Source: a bacterium (GTDB taxonomy: Bacteria > Blakebacterota > Blakebacteria > Blakebacterales > Blakebacteraceae). Taken from it: DNA of 40,220 nucleotides. The stretch spans positions 1 through 40,220 of the forward strand of contig JALGWK010000002.1 in the NCBI GenBank assembly GCA_025774205.1. Direction: 5' to 3'. A program made the translations under genes and the position numbers. The first letter of the stretch is position 1. Every line of letters starts with the position of its first letter. Of this stretch, positions 11,614 through 21,490 are shown piece by piece. The notes beneath the pieces were generated by a model. The model had not been told where the DNA came from, did not search any database, and worked only from the letters and a program-made list of their open reading frames with translations.

Positions 11614-13383
11614 TCATGCGCCGGGAACCGATAGGAAAGGACCGGAATCAGTCGGGAAATCGGTCGGGTACCGGTCACCGTACCTCTGCCGCAGATCGAG
11701 GAGAGCGGCCCTGAGATGATCGGAGCCGAAACGGCGCGCCGCGCCGATGATCCCGCCCCGGAAAGCAGGCCCCCCCAGGACGAAAACATCGAGGATCTGC
11801 CAGCCCTCTGCCACCGGTTCATCGACCACCCGCCACATCCTGCTCATCTCCAGGATGAGCGCGGCCACCACTTCGTCGATGAGTCGTTCCGACGTTTGCG
11901 GGCCGGTGGTGCCGGTCTCGACTGGAGCCCGATCCGATAAGGGCAGGGATCGGGCCGGGTCCCATGCCTCTCCCAGTTGCCGGGAGAGCGCGATCGGGCC
12001 CCGCGCCATGCCCCATTCTTCGAGGATCTCGTCGATCTCTTCCCGATCCCACCCTGCTGCCGCCAGCCGTTCGCCTTCCGCCAGATAGACCCTCAGGAGA
12101 CTCAGACCGGGAGAGGGAGCCGAGGCGCGGCAGTAGACCGGATTGCCCCCGGCCTCTGAGACCAGGCGTCGGGAAATATCCTGGAATAGATCAGGAGCCG
12201 GTTCGTCAGTCATCTCCGACTCTATCCAGACCACCTCGAACGTGGCCGGCGGCACGATGGTTGGAAGCCGCCGCAGGAGACCGTATCCGCCGGGAAGTGT
12301 GAGCGGGGGAACATCCAGGGTCAGTGTGGACGGTTCCACCGGAGTGGGGGCTTTGAGCAGGTTCCTGAGGGAGGATTTCAGCTCATCGGGAAGAGTGAGG
12401 TCCGCGGTCAGGTCGACCGGTGTGCCCTCTCCGGAGCGAGTCCCGCGCGGGCGCCGCATCGCCTGTCGACAGCGCAGCAGACGGACCAGGTGCGGATGAA
12501 CCTCGCCGGCCATCAATCCGGCAACCATATCCGCTTCACGTTCCAGTCCCTCCAGGAGCGGCAGCCCGTCGGCGGCCAGTCCCACCGCCTCGATCGCCAG
12601 TTCGGGAGCGGGGAGATTGCCGCCGGTCCGGCGCCTCACGACCCTGAGATAGCGCTCCCGGACCATCTTCCGTCCCCGCCGGGTTCGCTCCAGCATCCAG
12701 TCGGTCAGGTTCCGTCGCGGCAGTCGGGAGAGACGGGCGGATCGGCCCTCCCTCAGATCGAGGATCATCCGGAGAGCTTCCTCCCGGAGAAGGTCAGGTT
12801 CGACCAGGCGATCGACCAGGCCCTGTTCGAAGGCCTGGCGGGCCGGCACCGGTCGGCTGGTGAGGATCATGTTCAGGGCCTGCTGTTGTCCCACGAGACG
12901 GGGCAGGCGCTGGCTGCCGCCCAGGCCGGGGATGATGCCCAGCAGGATCTCAGGCAAAGTGAGGCTGGTGGAGGGCGTGTCGGCGGCGATCCGGGCGTTG
13001 CAGGCCAGGGCCAGTTCAGTGCCACCGCCGATGCACCTGCCTTCGATGGCCGCGATAACCGGGCAGGGCAGGTCGGCAATCCGCTGGAAGAGCAGCTGGA
13101 TCTCCCGGGTCATCTCGAAGGCCTCACCCTTCGATCCGACCTCTGCCATGTCATCGAGATCGACCCCGGCCGAGAAATCACCACCTTCCGGTCCGGAGAT
13201 GATGATCCCTTCCGGAGGATCAGCCATTGCCTCGTCGGTGAGGCTTCTCAGTGCCTCGAAGACAGCGGATCCCAGCAGAGACGGTCGACGACCGTCGGAG
13301 ATGAATTCGACCCGGATCACACCCGAGTCGTCACGGGTGACTGAAGGTTCCATAACCGGCATCAAAGCCGGTCGGGGACACAC
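11614..13383 (-). CDS. FadJ/FadB-like fusion: enoyl-CoA hydratase (crotonase) domain plus 3-hydroxyacyl-CoA dehydrogenase C-terminal domains; the NAD-binding Rossmann part looks degenerate
   Basis: Crotonase core is FSAGVDL...CPVIAAIEGRCIGGGTELALACNARIA...LPEILLGIIPGLGGSQRLPRLVG. The C-terminal part is 3HCDH_C-like (EIDEILEEWGMARGPIAL and VLGGPAFRGGIIGAARRFGSDHL). No GxGxxG is visible in between. The start is ambiguous (GTG 13383, ATG 13362 or ATG 13353). Confidence 0.7.
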   Translation of the reverse strand: MCPRPALMPVMEPSVTRDDSGVIRVEFISDGRRPSLLGSAVFEALRSLTDEAMADPPEGIIISGPEGGDFSAGVDLDDMAEVGSKGEAFEMTREIQLLFQRIADLPCPVIAAIEGRCIGGGTELALACNARIAADTPSTSLTLPEILLGIIPGLGGSQRLPRLVGQQQALNMILTSRPVPARQAFEQGLVDRLVEPDLLREEALRMILDLREGRSARLSRLPRRNLTDWMLERTRRGRKMVRERYLRVVRRRTGGNLPAPELAIEAVGLAADGLPLLEGLEREADMVAGLMAGEVHPHLVRLLRCRQAMRRPRGTRSGEGTPVDLTADLTLPDELKSSLRNLLKAPTPVEPSTLTLDVPPLTLPGGYGLLRRLPTIVPPATFEVVWIESEMTDEPAPDLFQDISRRLVSEAGGNPVYCRASAPSPGLSLLRVYLAEGERLAAAGWDREEIDEILEEWGMARGPIALSRQLGEAWDPARSLPLSDRAPVETGTTGPQTSERLIDEVVAALILEMSRMWRVVDEPVAEGWQILDVFVLGGPAFRGGIIGAARRFGSDHLRAALLDLRQRYGDRYPTDFPTDSGPFLSVPGA

Positions 13384-13427
13384 CGGTCAATCAGGTTATG
13401 GCATCCGGGATCGAGTTCACTCTCAAC

Positions 13428-14606
13428 TTACCACTCCACCGAATACCGGTAGGCGGCCATGGTTGCCATGGTGTCGACCAGCCAGAGGTCTCCCGAGGGA
13501 TCGAACCGGATCATGCCGGCGGGGATATCGAGCGGAACGGTCACCAGGAGTTCGCCCTCCAGGGAGAATATCTCGATCCTGACCAGTCCCTCGTACTCCC
13601 CCTCGGTCTCCCTGTCGTCGGCCTCGTCCTGGGTAGTGAGTCTGGTCAGGGTCCAGATCCTCCCCTCGGGATCGACGGCGACACCGTTGGTGATCGGATC
13701 GACGTCCGGTCGTATCTGCATGGTGAGCTGTTGCTCACCGGTATTCGGATCAGTAAAACTCTCACGCTGCATCGACATGTCCGGCTCCTTTGGGGAGAAG
13801 GCCAGACGCCGCTTTATGATCCGCTCCAGGGCACCGGTAGCGGTGTTATAGACATGGATCTCATTGAGAAGGTTGAAGGCCACGATCATGTGATGGCCGG
13901 CTGCGTACGCGATCGAGGTGCCGTTGATGAGGAATCCGAGAACCTGATTCTCATGGGTCTTCTGCTCGCCCACCTCCAGCCGGACCTCACCGTCAGCGCC
14001 GTAGATCTTCAGCAGGGAGGGCGGTTTTTCCACCTCCATACCTCCGCCCCCCGGGCCCGACCGCATGATGACTGCCCCCGTGGCAGGCCTGGCGTATTCC
14101 CCGTCCTCCATCATGGTCGGATTTCCGCCTGAGAAGTTCGGCCCCATCGGTTCGCTGCGCAGGAATTCGCCCTCAAGGGTGAAAAAGGAGCGGCGACCGT
14201 TGGCGGGATCCTCAACCTCGAGTTCACCCTCCCGGTTGATGACGCTCGTGGCCGGCATCTTGAGTTCTCCCGGGCCCTCTCCCTCCTGACCGATCTTCCG
14301 GAGGAATCCACCGTTCCGGTCAAAGACCAGGATGGCGTGCTGACCTGCGTCAGCGATATAGAGATTCCCCTCGGAATCGAAGAAGGCGTTCATCGGCCGG
14401 AAGAACATCGCCTCCTCGGGGCCGTCGACTCCGACGACCGTCTCTTCGGTCAGTTCAGGACCGTTTCTCATGGAACCACGGGACCCGTTCTCGATCACCG
14501 GCACCTCCTGCGCCGTGGCCAGGCCGGTTCCGATAAGGGTGAAGAGGAAGAAGACCAGCGCGATTATTGACAGACCATGGACAGGGGAATCGGTTCTTCG
14601 GGGCAT
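13428..14606 (-). CDS. 6-bladed beta-propeller (NHL-like) secreted protein, paralog 2
   Basis: Start re-called to MPRRTDSPVHGLSIIALVFFLFTLIGTGLATAQE (ATG 14606, GAGGAT RBS about 9 nt upstream). The extra 108 codons of the track ORF overlap the divergent rlmD region. Motif GQEGEGPGELKMP; C-terminal AAYRYSVEW. Confidence 0.75.
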   Translation of the reverse strand: MPRRTDSPVHGLSIIALVFFLFTLIGTGLATAQEVPVIENGSRGSMRNGPELTEETVVGVDGPEEAMFFRPMNAFFDSEGNLYIADAGQHAILVFDRNGGFLRKIGQEGEGPGELKMPATSVINREGELEVEDPANGRRSFFTLEGEFLRSEPMGPNFSGGNPTMMEDGEYARPATGAVIMRSGPGGGGMEVEKPPSLLKIYGADGEVRLEVGEQKTHENQVLGFLINGTSIAYAAGHHMIVAFNLLNEIHVYNTATGALERIIKRRLAFSPKEPDMSMQRESFTDPNTGEQQLTMQIRPDVDPITNGVAVDPEGRIWTLTRLTTQDEADDRETEGEYEGLVRIEIFSLEGELLVTVPLDIPAGMIRFDPSGDLWLVDTMATMAAYRYSVEW

Positions 14607-14781
14607 TGTGCGGATATCCTCACAGCTGGGGATGGTTCTCTGCCCGATCGATCCGGGCAGATTCGTCGACGTCGTCAAGATACTCCAACGAGCCTCCGGC
14701 CGGTTGGTTCGAATACGGCCACTGTTTTTTTCATTCCTTTCTGTATTGCCGGACGAGGGCGAGCGTGCTTCCCTTCCCGGT

Positions 14782-16197
14782 ATGAGTGCTCTGAAGAAAA
14801 AAGAGGTCATCGAACTCGAGATCGGGAGCCTGGCGTTTGGCGGTCGGGGCGTCGGCCGGACCGATGAAGGCATGACGGTCTTCGTGGATGATGCACTGCC
14901 GGGACAGCAGGTCTCGGCCCTGATCCACAAGGTGAAGAAACGATACGCCGAGGCGCGTCTGGTGGAGGTCCTCAGGAACAGCCCCGATGAGGATGAACCG
15001 CGCTGTGTCCATTTCGGGATCTGCGGTGGATGTCGGCTGCAGCATCTGAATTACGAGGCCCAGCTCCGTGAGAAGGGTGACCAGGTCAGGGAGGCGTTGA
15101 GGAGACTCGGAGGATTCCGGGATCTCGAGACGGAACCGGTCCGGCCCAGTCCCCGGATCTACGGTTATCGGAACAAGATGGAGTACTCCTTCGGTCACGC
15201 CCGCTGGCTCACTCCCGCGGAGATGCAGGATCCCGAATCGGTCCCCGACCGGGATTTCGGGCTCGGGCTGCACCCCCGGGGGCAGTGGTACCGTACCCTC
15301 CATCTGGCCGAGTGCCATCTTCCCGCGCCCCTCTCGATGGAGATCATGCGGGAGGTGCAGGAGATCGTCTCACGCAACCGGATGAAACCGTACAACACCA
15401 GAGGACATACCGGATTCTGGCGGTTCCTTACCGTCCGTGAAGGGGTGCGGACCGGCCAGTGGCTGGTGGATATCATCACCAGCGCGGAACCGGATGGATC
15501 GGGTGAGGTCGAAACGCTCGCCGGTCAGCTCAAGGCCGCCTTTCCCGATATCACGACCATCACCCATACCATCTCGCGGGCGAAAGCCAATATCGCCACC
15601 GGTGAGAAGGAACGGGTCCTCGTCGGACCGGGGTATATCGAGGAACAGGTGGGAGGGCTCACCTTTCGGATCTCCCCCCGGGCGTTCTTCCAGACCAACA
15701 CCGGCGGGTGTGAACTGCTCTATGAGACCGCGGTGGGATTCGCCGGGCTCACCGGGAGCGAACGCGTCTACGACGTCTTCTGCGGCACCGGTACCATCGC
15801 CCTGCTGATGGCGTCGCGGGCCGGTGAGGTGGTCGGGATCGAGCGGGTAGCCCCGGCGGTCATCGACGCCACCGTCAACGCGAAACTGAACGGGATCGGG
15901 AACGCCCGTTTCGTCGAAGGGGACGCGACCGCCCTGCTCCGGGAAGGTCCGGTGTACGGTGATCCTGATGTCATCGTACTCGATCCGCCGCGGGCGGGGC
16001 TCCATCCCGATCTCCGAACGGTCATCCCGACCCTCGGGGCCGACCGGATCGTTTACGTTTCCTGCAATCCGACCACCCTCGCCGCCGATCTGAAGGAAAT
16101 TTGCGAGAACAATTACCGGATAGAGCTCGTTCAACCTATCGATATGTTCCCGCACACTCCGCATATCGAATGCGTCACGCTCCTCGTGCGGGATTGA
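14782..16197 (+). CDS. rlmD: 23S rRNA (uracil-C5)-methyltransferase, RumA/RlmD family (TRAM domain, Fe-S Cys cluster, SAM MTase)
   Basis: MSALKKKEVIELEIGSLAFGGRGVGRTDEGMTVFVDDALPGQ (TRAM), CVHFGICGGCRLQH, SAM motif DVFCGTGTIAL, and a catalytic region VYVSCNPTTLAAD. Start re-called from 14470 to ATG 14782. Confidence 0.85.
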   Translation: MSALKKKEVIELEIGSLAFGGRGVGRTDEGMTVFVDDALPGQQVSALIHKVKKRYAEARLVEVLRNSPDEDEPRCVHFGICGGCRLQHLNYEAQLREKGDQVREALRRLGGFRDLETEPVRPSPRIYGYRNKMEYSFGHARWLTPAEMQDPESVPDRDFGLGLHPRGQWYRTLHLAECHLPAPLSMEIMREVQEIVSRNRMKPYNTRGHTGFWRFLTVREGVRTGQWLVDIITSAEPDGSGEVETLAGQLKAAFPDITTITHTISRAKANIATGEKERVLVGPGYIEEQVGGLTFRISPRAFFQTNTGGCELLYETAVGFAGLTGSERVYDVFCGTGTIALLMASRAGEVVGIERVAPAVIDATVNAKLNGIGNARFVEGDATALLREGPVYGDPDVIVLDPPRAGLHPDLRTVIPTLGADRIVYVSCNPTTLAADLKEICENNYRIELVQPIDMFPHTPHIECVTLLVRD

Positions 16198-16231
16198 CAC
16201 TGCCATTGATACTGCAGAGGAGCCCGACTCG

Positions 16232-17473
16232 ATGTCCGTGAACCGCCTCATCCCGCGATCCTCCCCGGGGAATACCTCTCCAATCCTTCTCCGTTTCCGT
16301 CTCCATCTCTTCCTCCTCCCGCTGCTCATCTCCCCCTTCCTGACCGCCTGTGGCGGCGGATCGGACGGGGATTGGGCGGGATCGATCGCTCTTGAGGATG
16401 GAGTAACCCACCTCTACAACCCGGAGATACCACTCTGGGGGGCGGATCACCAACCGCTGGTGGAGAAGGAAGTACTGGGAGCGGATGGCAGTGATATCGA
16501 GGCGCTCTTCTCACAGCCGATCGGGCTGATCACCGGTCGTGACGGCACCCGTTACGTGCTCGATGCGAAGGACATGCGGGTACTCCGGTTCGACCGGGAG
16601 GGATCGTATCTCGGTTCGTTCGGTCGCGAGGGGGAGGGGCCGGGTGAATTCTCCGCGCCGGTGGCTCTCGCCCTGCTGCCCGGTGAGGTCATCCTCATCG
16701 CCGACAGCGGCAATCGCCGGCTCTCGCGGTTCACCACCGACGGCCGTTTCCTCGATTCGGAGACGCTTCAGCGCGGCCTCGGCCAGATCCGGGTCGACCG
16801 TTCGGGTCGGGTTCACATCCATGACCAGTCGCGGGGGATGACCATCTCGATCATGATGGGTGTGGAGGACTCGAAGGAGGAATCCACGCTTATCGACATC
16901 CTCGACGATGCCGGCGAACGGGTCGGCGGTTTCGGGCTGGTCGAGGAGTACGAAGGCTTCATGCTCAGTTCCTGGATGAACAAGGTCTACCCCGCCTTCA
17001 CTCCGGGCGACTCTATGGTTATGAACTACATGGGCAAGGACCGGATCGAGGTCTACACGCCTGATGGTATTCTGGCGCGGGTGGTGCACCGGAATCTGCC
17101 CTACGTGCCGGTCGAACCAGTGGAAGAGACCCGGCAGACCGCGCACGATGACGGCACGATGAGTTTCAGCATGTTCTTCGAGTTCGATATCCAGAGTACC
17201 GGTTTCGCCGTCTCACCCGACGGCAGGTACTGGGCGGCGCTCATCGCCGTCACCCAGACCGACCGGCGGGAGGGTGTCGAAGAGGAGGATGAGATACCGC
17301 AGGAATGGGCGGTCGATCTCTTCGATTCCACGGGCCGCTGGCTTGCCCGCCATCCTCTCGGGATCGATTTCCCTCAGGCCGGACTCGACTGGGGCCCGGC
17401 CGGACTCTACATCCTCAACCCCGAGGGTGACGCCGCCGTCTATCGGTACGAGGTGGTCCCGCCGGGAGTGTGA
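16232..17473 (+). CDS. 6-bladed beta-propeller (NHL-like) lipoprotein, paralog 3
   Basis: Lipobox FLTAC|GGGSDG. Motif GREGEGPGEFSAP. C-terminal AAVYRYEVVPPGV. A GAGGAG RBS lies 9 nt upstream of ATG 16232. Confidence 0.75.
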   Translation: MSVNRLIPRSSPGNTSPILLRFRLHLFLLPLLISPFLTACGGGSDGDWAGSIALEDGVTHLYNPEIPLWGADHQPLVEKEVLGADGSDIEALFSQPIGLITGRDGTRYVLDAKDMRVLRFDREGSYLGSFGREGEGPGEFSAPVALALLPGEVILIADSGNRRLSRFTTDGRFLDSETLQRGLGQIRVDRSGRVHIHDQSRGMTISIMMGVEDSKEESTLIDILDDAGERVGGFGLVEEYEGFMLSSWMNKVYPAFTPGDSMVMNYMGKDRIEVYTPDGILARVVHRNLPYVPVEPVEETRQTAHDDGTMSFSMFFEFDIQSTGFAVSPDGRYWAALIAVTQTDRREGVEEEDEIPQEWAVDLFDSTGRWLARHPLGIDFPQAGLDWGPAGLYILNPEGDAAVYRYEVVPPGV

Positions 17474-17571
17474 AACAATCCCCGTTCCTGCTCCACTCAC
17501 CATCCGACCGGACACTATGCTGATCCCGTGATCTCATGATCCCTGCTGACAGTTCCACGGAAGAGACGCCC

Positions 17572-19755
17572 ATGAAGGATGTTTTTGCCCTGACTCCCGA
17601 CGAGATCGCGGACCTGCCTCCTGATGGAGGGGCCGGATTCAACCGCCTGATCTTCGAGGAGAGCCCCTACCTCCTGCAGCATGCCCGGAATCCCGTCGAC
17701 TGGTACCCCTGGAGTGAGGAAGCGTTCGAACGGGCGGCCATGGAAGAGAAACCGGTTTTCCTCTCCATCGGATACGCCACCTGTCACTGGTGCCACGTGA
17801 TGGAGCATGAGTCGTTCGAGGACGAGGAGATCGCCGCGCTCATCAATGACAACTTTGTGGCGATCAAGGTGGACCGGGAGGAACGCCCCGATCTCGATCA
17901 TGTCTACATGGCCGTGACCCAGGGACTGACCGGCAGCGGCGGCTGGCCGATGACGGTCGTGATGACGCCCGACCGGAAACCCTTTTTCGCGGGTACCTAT
18001 TTCCCGAAGGAGAGTGGCTATGGCCGACCGGGCATGAGGGACCTGCTGCCCCGGTTGATGGAGGCCTGGCACGATCAACGGGAGGAGGTCGTCAGTTCGG
18101 CCGAAGAGATCACCCGCTGGTTGAGCGGGAACGCGGGTTCGTGGCCCGCGCGGGAACTGGACGTCGAGATCCTTCACGAAGCGTACCGGGCCCTGGCCCG
18201 CAGTTTCGATCCCGCTGCCGGAGGCTTCGGGCAGGAGCCGAAGTTCCCCTCACCGCACAACCTGCGCTTCCTCCTGCGCTACTGGAAGCGCTTCGAGGAG
18301 CCTCATGCCCTGGAGATGGTGGAACTCACGCTGGAGAAGATGTATCGCGGCGGTATCCACGATCATATCGGCGGCGGTTTCCACCGCTACTCCACCGATC
18401 CGATCTGGCTCGTGCCCCATTTCGAGAAGATGCTCTACGATCAGGCCCTGATCGCCGAAGCGGTCACCCGGCGCCCGGTGTTCGCCGACATCGCGCGGGA
18501 CATTTTCACCTACGTCATGCGGGACCTTACCGACGAACAGGGCGGTTTCTATTCGGCTGAGGACGCCGACAGTGAGGGGGAAGAGGGGAGATTCTATCTC
18601 TGGACCGGTGAGGAGGTGACCTCGATCCTCGGTCCGGACGCCGACCTCTTCGGACTGGCGTACACCCTGGAGGAGGAGGGCAATTACCGGGATGAAGCCA
18701 GTGGCGGCCTCACCGGCCAAAACATCCCCTATCGCCGGCTTCCCGATGAGACCGTGGCGGCTGAATCGGATCTCACCCCGGAAGACCTGGATGAGAGGCT
18801 GAAGACCTGCCGCCGTCAGCTCTTCGATGTCCGGGAGGAACGGATCCGTCCCCTGAGGGATGACAAGGTCCTGACCGACTGGAACGGACTGATGATCTCC
18901 GCCCTGGCCCGTGGCGGGAGGATCCTCGGGGATCCCGGTTATACGCGGGCCGCGGAACGGGCTGCCCGCTTCGTCTGGGAGGGGCTGAGGGACGACGAGG
19001 GAAGGCTGCTGAAGCGCTGGCGGCGGGGCAACGCGGGTCTGACCGCGCACCTCGACGATCACGCTTTCTACCTGCAGGGTCTCATCGATCTCCACGATTC
19101 GACCCGGGAGGTGATCTGGCTGGAGCGGGCGGTCACGATCGCCGGCCAGATGGTGGAACGGTTCCTTGACCCTGATGAGGGTGGATTCTTCTTCACCGCC
19201 TCCGATGCCGAGGAACTGATCGTCCGGAAGAAGGAGATCCATGACGGGGCGACTCCGTCGGGCAATTCCGCCGCCGCGTTCGCGCTCCTGAAACTGGGCC
19301 GGATCACGGCCCGCACCGGATGGGAAGAGATCGCTGCGGGGATCATGGAGTCGTTCGGGGGACAGGTCGGTCGGGCACCGGCCGGATTCACCGGCCTGCT
19401 CTGCGCGCTCGATTTCCTCATCGGACCGTCCACCGAGGTCGTGATCGCCGGGCGGAATGACAGCGAAGACACGCGACTGATGCTGGAGAGGCTCTCCACG
19501 GAGTACCTGCCCAACACGGTCACGCTCTTCCGACCGACCGGGGATGAAGATCCCGCGATCATTGATTTCGCGCCTTACACGCGCGCTCAGACGGGTGATG
19601 ATGAAAGGGCTGTTGCTTACGTCTGCAGAGACTACTCTTGTAACAGGCCCGCATCGGATGTCGATGAGATGATGTCTCTCATCGCTGACCAGACCGGAGA
19701 CGCAACACAGCCGGTCGAGATACGGCGCTGCTCGAATGCGACGGTTGTTGCGTGA
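17572..19755 (+). CDS. thioredoxin-domain protein of the YyaL/SSP411 (DUF255 + six-hairpin glycosidase-like) family
   Basis: [32 protein letters not shown]...[22 protein letters not shown] and [21 protein letters not shown]. Start re-called to MKDVF (ATG 17572, GGAAGAG RBS upstream). The last ~20 codons overlap a repeat element (see findings). Confidence 0.85.
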   Translation: MKDVFALTPDEIADLPPDGGAGFNRLIFEESPYLLQHARNPVDWYPWSEEAFERAAMEEKPVFLSIGYATCHWCHVMEHESFEDEEIAALINDNFVAIKVDREERPDLDHVYMAVTQGLTGSGGWPMTVVMTPDRKPFFAGTYFPKESGYGRPGMRDLLPRLMEAWHDQREEVVSSAEEITRWLSGNAGSWPARELDVEILHEAYRALARSFDPAAGGFGQEPKFPSPHNLRFLLRYWKRFEEPHALEMVELTLEKMYRGGIHDHIGGGFHRYSTDPIWLVPHFEKMLYDQALIAEAVTRRPVFADIARDIFTYVMRDLTDEQGGFYSAEDADSEGEEGRFYLWTGEEVTSILGPDADLFGLAYTLEEEGNYRDEASGGLTGQNIPYRRLPDETVAAESDLTPEDLDERLKTCRRQLFDVREERIRPLRDDKVLTDWNGLMISALARGGRILGDPGYTRAAERAARFVWEGLRDDEGRLLKRWRRGNAGLTAHLDDHAFYLQGLIDLHDSTREVIWLERAVTIAGQMVERFLDPDEGGFFFTASDAEELIVRKKEIHDGATPSGNSAAAFALLKLGRITARTGWEEIAAGIMESFGGQVGRAPAGFTGLLCALDFLIGPSTEVVIAGRNDSEDTRLMLERLSTEYLPNTVTLFRPTGDEDPAIIDFAPYTRAQTGDDERAVAYVCRDYSCNRPASDVDEMMSLIADQTGDATQPVEIRRCSNATVVA

Positions 19756-19763
19756 CAGGGCAC
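19723..19763 (+). repeat. copy 1 of a dispersed ~41-nt repeat (27-nt perfect core at 19730-19756)
   Basis: The core GCTCGAATGCGACGGTTGTTGCGTGAC is identical to 38189-38215. Flanks match at CGGYGCY before the core and WGKGCAC after it. Confidence 0.9.
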
Positions 19764-19789
19764 GAAGAAACGGAAGGATGAACATCGTA

Positions 19790-21359
19790 ATGAAAAACGG
19801 ATTCATGCTCAGATCAGCCGCGATCACGGTGATGACCCTGCTTGTGATCGGGACCGTGATGCCTGTGGAAGCCCGGCAGCAAGGGAGCCGACAGCAGGAA
19901 CGTGGCGATGAGCAGGCTCAGCGACAGGCCCTGCCCGAGCGACTGGCGGGGATGTTCGACATGAGGGCGATGGATGCCGACATCAGGTTCCTCTCCCACG
20001 ACCTGCTGGAAGGACGTGCTCCGTCGGGCCGGGGTGAGGCGATCGCCGTCGAATACATCGAAGCCAGGCTGCGTATGATCGGCGCTGAAGGCCCCTTTCC
20101 GGGCGGGAGTTACCGCCAGCCGGTGCCGCTGGTGAAGCAGAAGGCCTCATCCGATATGGAACTCGGCATCGCCTCCCGCGCGGGGGAGCGGAGCTATGCC
20201 TTTGGACCGCAGTTCGTGGTCGATTCCGGGGTCTTCGCGCCGGTGGTGGATGTGGACGGTGAGATCGTTTTCGTCGGCTTCGGCTCGGTAGCGCCCGAAT
20301 TCGACTGGGATGATTACAAGGGGATGGACCTCGACGGCAAGATCCTCATGATGCTCGTGAACGATCCGCCGGCGACCACTGCCGAACCCGATCTCTTCGC
20401 CGGCCGGGCGATGACCTATTACGGACGATGGACCTACAAGTACGAAATCGCCGAGGAAATGGGCGCCCAGGGTGTCCTGCTGGTGCATGTCACCGATATG
20501 GCCGGATACGGGTGGAATGTCGTGCAGACCTCGTGGTCAGGCGACCAGTTGCACGACCATCCGGAACACGACTGATCGGATGACCGGCTACAACGTCGTG
20601 GGAGTGCTGAAAGGGAGCGATCCCGCTCGGGCGGAAGAATACGTCTGTTATTCAGCCCATCTCGACCACCTCGGCATGGGTGAGGGAGAAGGGGATGTGA
20701 TCTACAACGGCGCGGTGGACAACGCTTCCGGGGTGGCGGCGGTCCTGAACGTTGCCGGTGTCCTCGCCCGTCTGCCGGAGCGGATGCGGCCCCGGTCGTT
20801 CATGTTCGCGCTCGTGACGGCCGAGGAGTCGGGCTTGCTCGGCAGCGGAATGCTGGCGCTTGACCCTCCCGTGCCGGACACACAGATCGTCTCGGTGCTC
20901 AACCTCGACTCGATGAACATGTGGGGTGAAACAGATGACATCGTTCTGGTCGGTGGAGAGCGGTCAGATCTGTGGGAGGTGGTGAGTAACGCGGCCGCGC
21001 TGCTCGATATGGAAGTTAAACCGGATCCCCGGCCCGAGGTGGGCGGATTTTTCAGGAGCGACCATTTCTCCTTCGCCAAGGTCGGCATTCCCGCCACCAG
21101 CCTCGGGGCAGGCGATTCCTATCGGGGTCGACCGGCCGGGTGGGGTGCCGAACATTCCCGGGAATGGACGGCTGGTACCTATCATCAGCCCACCGATGAG
21201 TATGACGACACCTGGGTCTATGACGGCGTTCTCCAGGAAATGATGGTCTCTCTCCTGTCGGGACTGGAGATCGCCCGCTCGGAAGGGTGGATCGAATGGA
21301 AACCGGGCGACCCCTTCGGTCGTATACGCGATGAGAGGCGCGGCGGCGGGGGCTTCTGA
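19790..21359 (+). pseudogene. M28-family (PA-domain) aminopeptidase interrupted by an internal out-of-frame deletion
   Basis: Two track ORFs (19736..20575 and 20472..21359) are the N- and C-halves of one M28 peptidase. The N-half has a signal peptide MKNGFMLRSAAITVMTLLVIG, the PA domain and ...YGWNVVQTSWSGDQ. After a frame change the C-half continues TTIRNTTDRMTGYNVVGVLKGSDP...YSAHLDHLG...DNASGVAAVL...TAEESGLLGS. About 60-70 aa that normally separate these blocks are missing. The junction is near 20546-20552. Confidence 0.75.
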
Positions 21360-21490
21360 GGCCCCGCCCGGGTTGATTGACGCCCGGTTGACAGTCCGGG
21401 CGGGATGCGGTTTGTTATCATCATACAGATCTGCCGCTTCATCCAGGTACCCGCTCGTTCGCGTGTTGTGACTAGCCTCGAGGTGCTGAA

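Noticed and set aside
14639-14661. Perfect 8-bp inverted repeat TCTGCCCG-ATCGATC-CGGGCAGA in the propeller/rlmD divergent region
   Set aside because: By rough estimate, several 8-bp inverted repeats with short loops are expected by chance in 40 kb. It has no second copy and no T-tract.
14690-14730. GGTTCGAATAC, resembling a tRNA T-loop, followed by a T7 run
   Set aside because: No acceptor, D or anticodon arms can be folded around it, and the flanking 5-bp stem encloses a 13-nt loop. It is not a tRNA. I found no tRNA or rRNA in any other intergenic region either.
14607-14930. N-terminal 108 codons of track ORF 13428..14930, and 14470-14781 of track ORF 14470..16197
   Set aside because: These are mutually overlapping upstream extensions across a divergent intergenic region. 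Internal ATGs give a proper signal peptide and a proper RumA N-terminus respectively.
18440-18500. YyaL-like protein seems ~6 residues short in the [25 protein letters not shown] helix pair, compared with what I remember of homologues
   Set aside because: The gap is in frame and within normal family variation, and I cannot align without tools. It is not counted as a lesion.
19730-19756. 27-nt repeat considered as a sigma54 (GG-N10-GC) or ECF-type promoter
   Set aside because: I could not fit the GG/GC spacing or a GGAAC..CGTC pattern, so it is left functionally unassigned.
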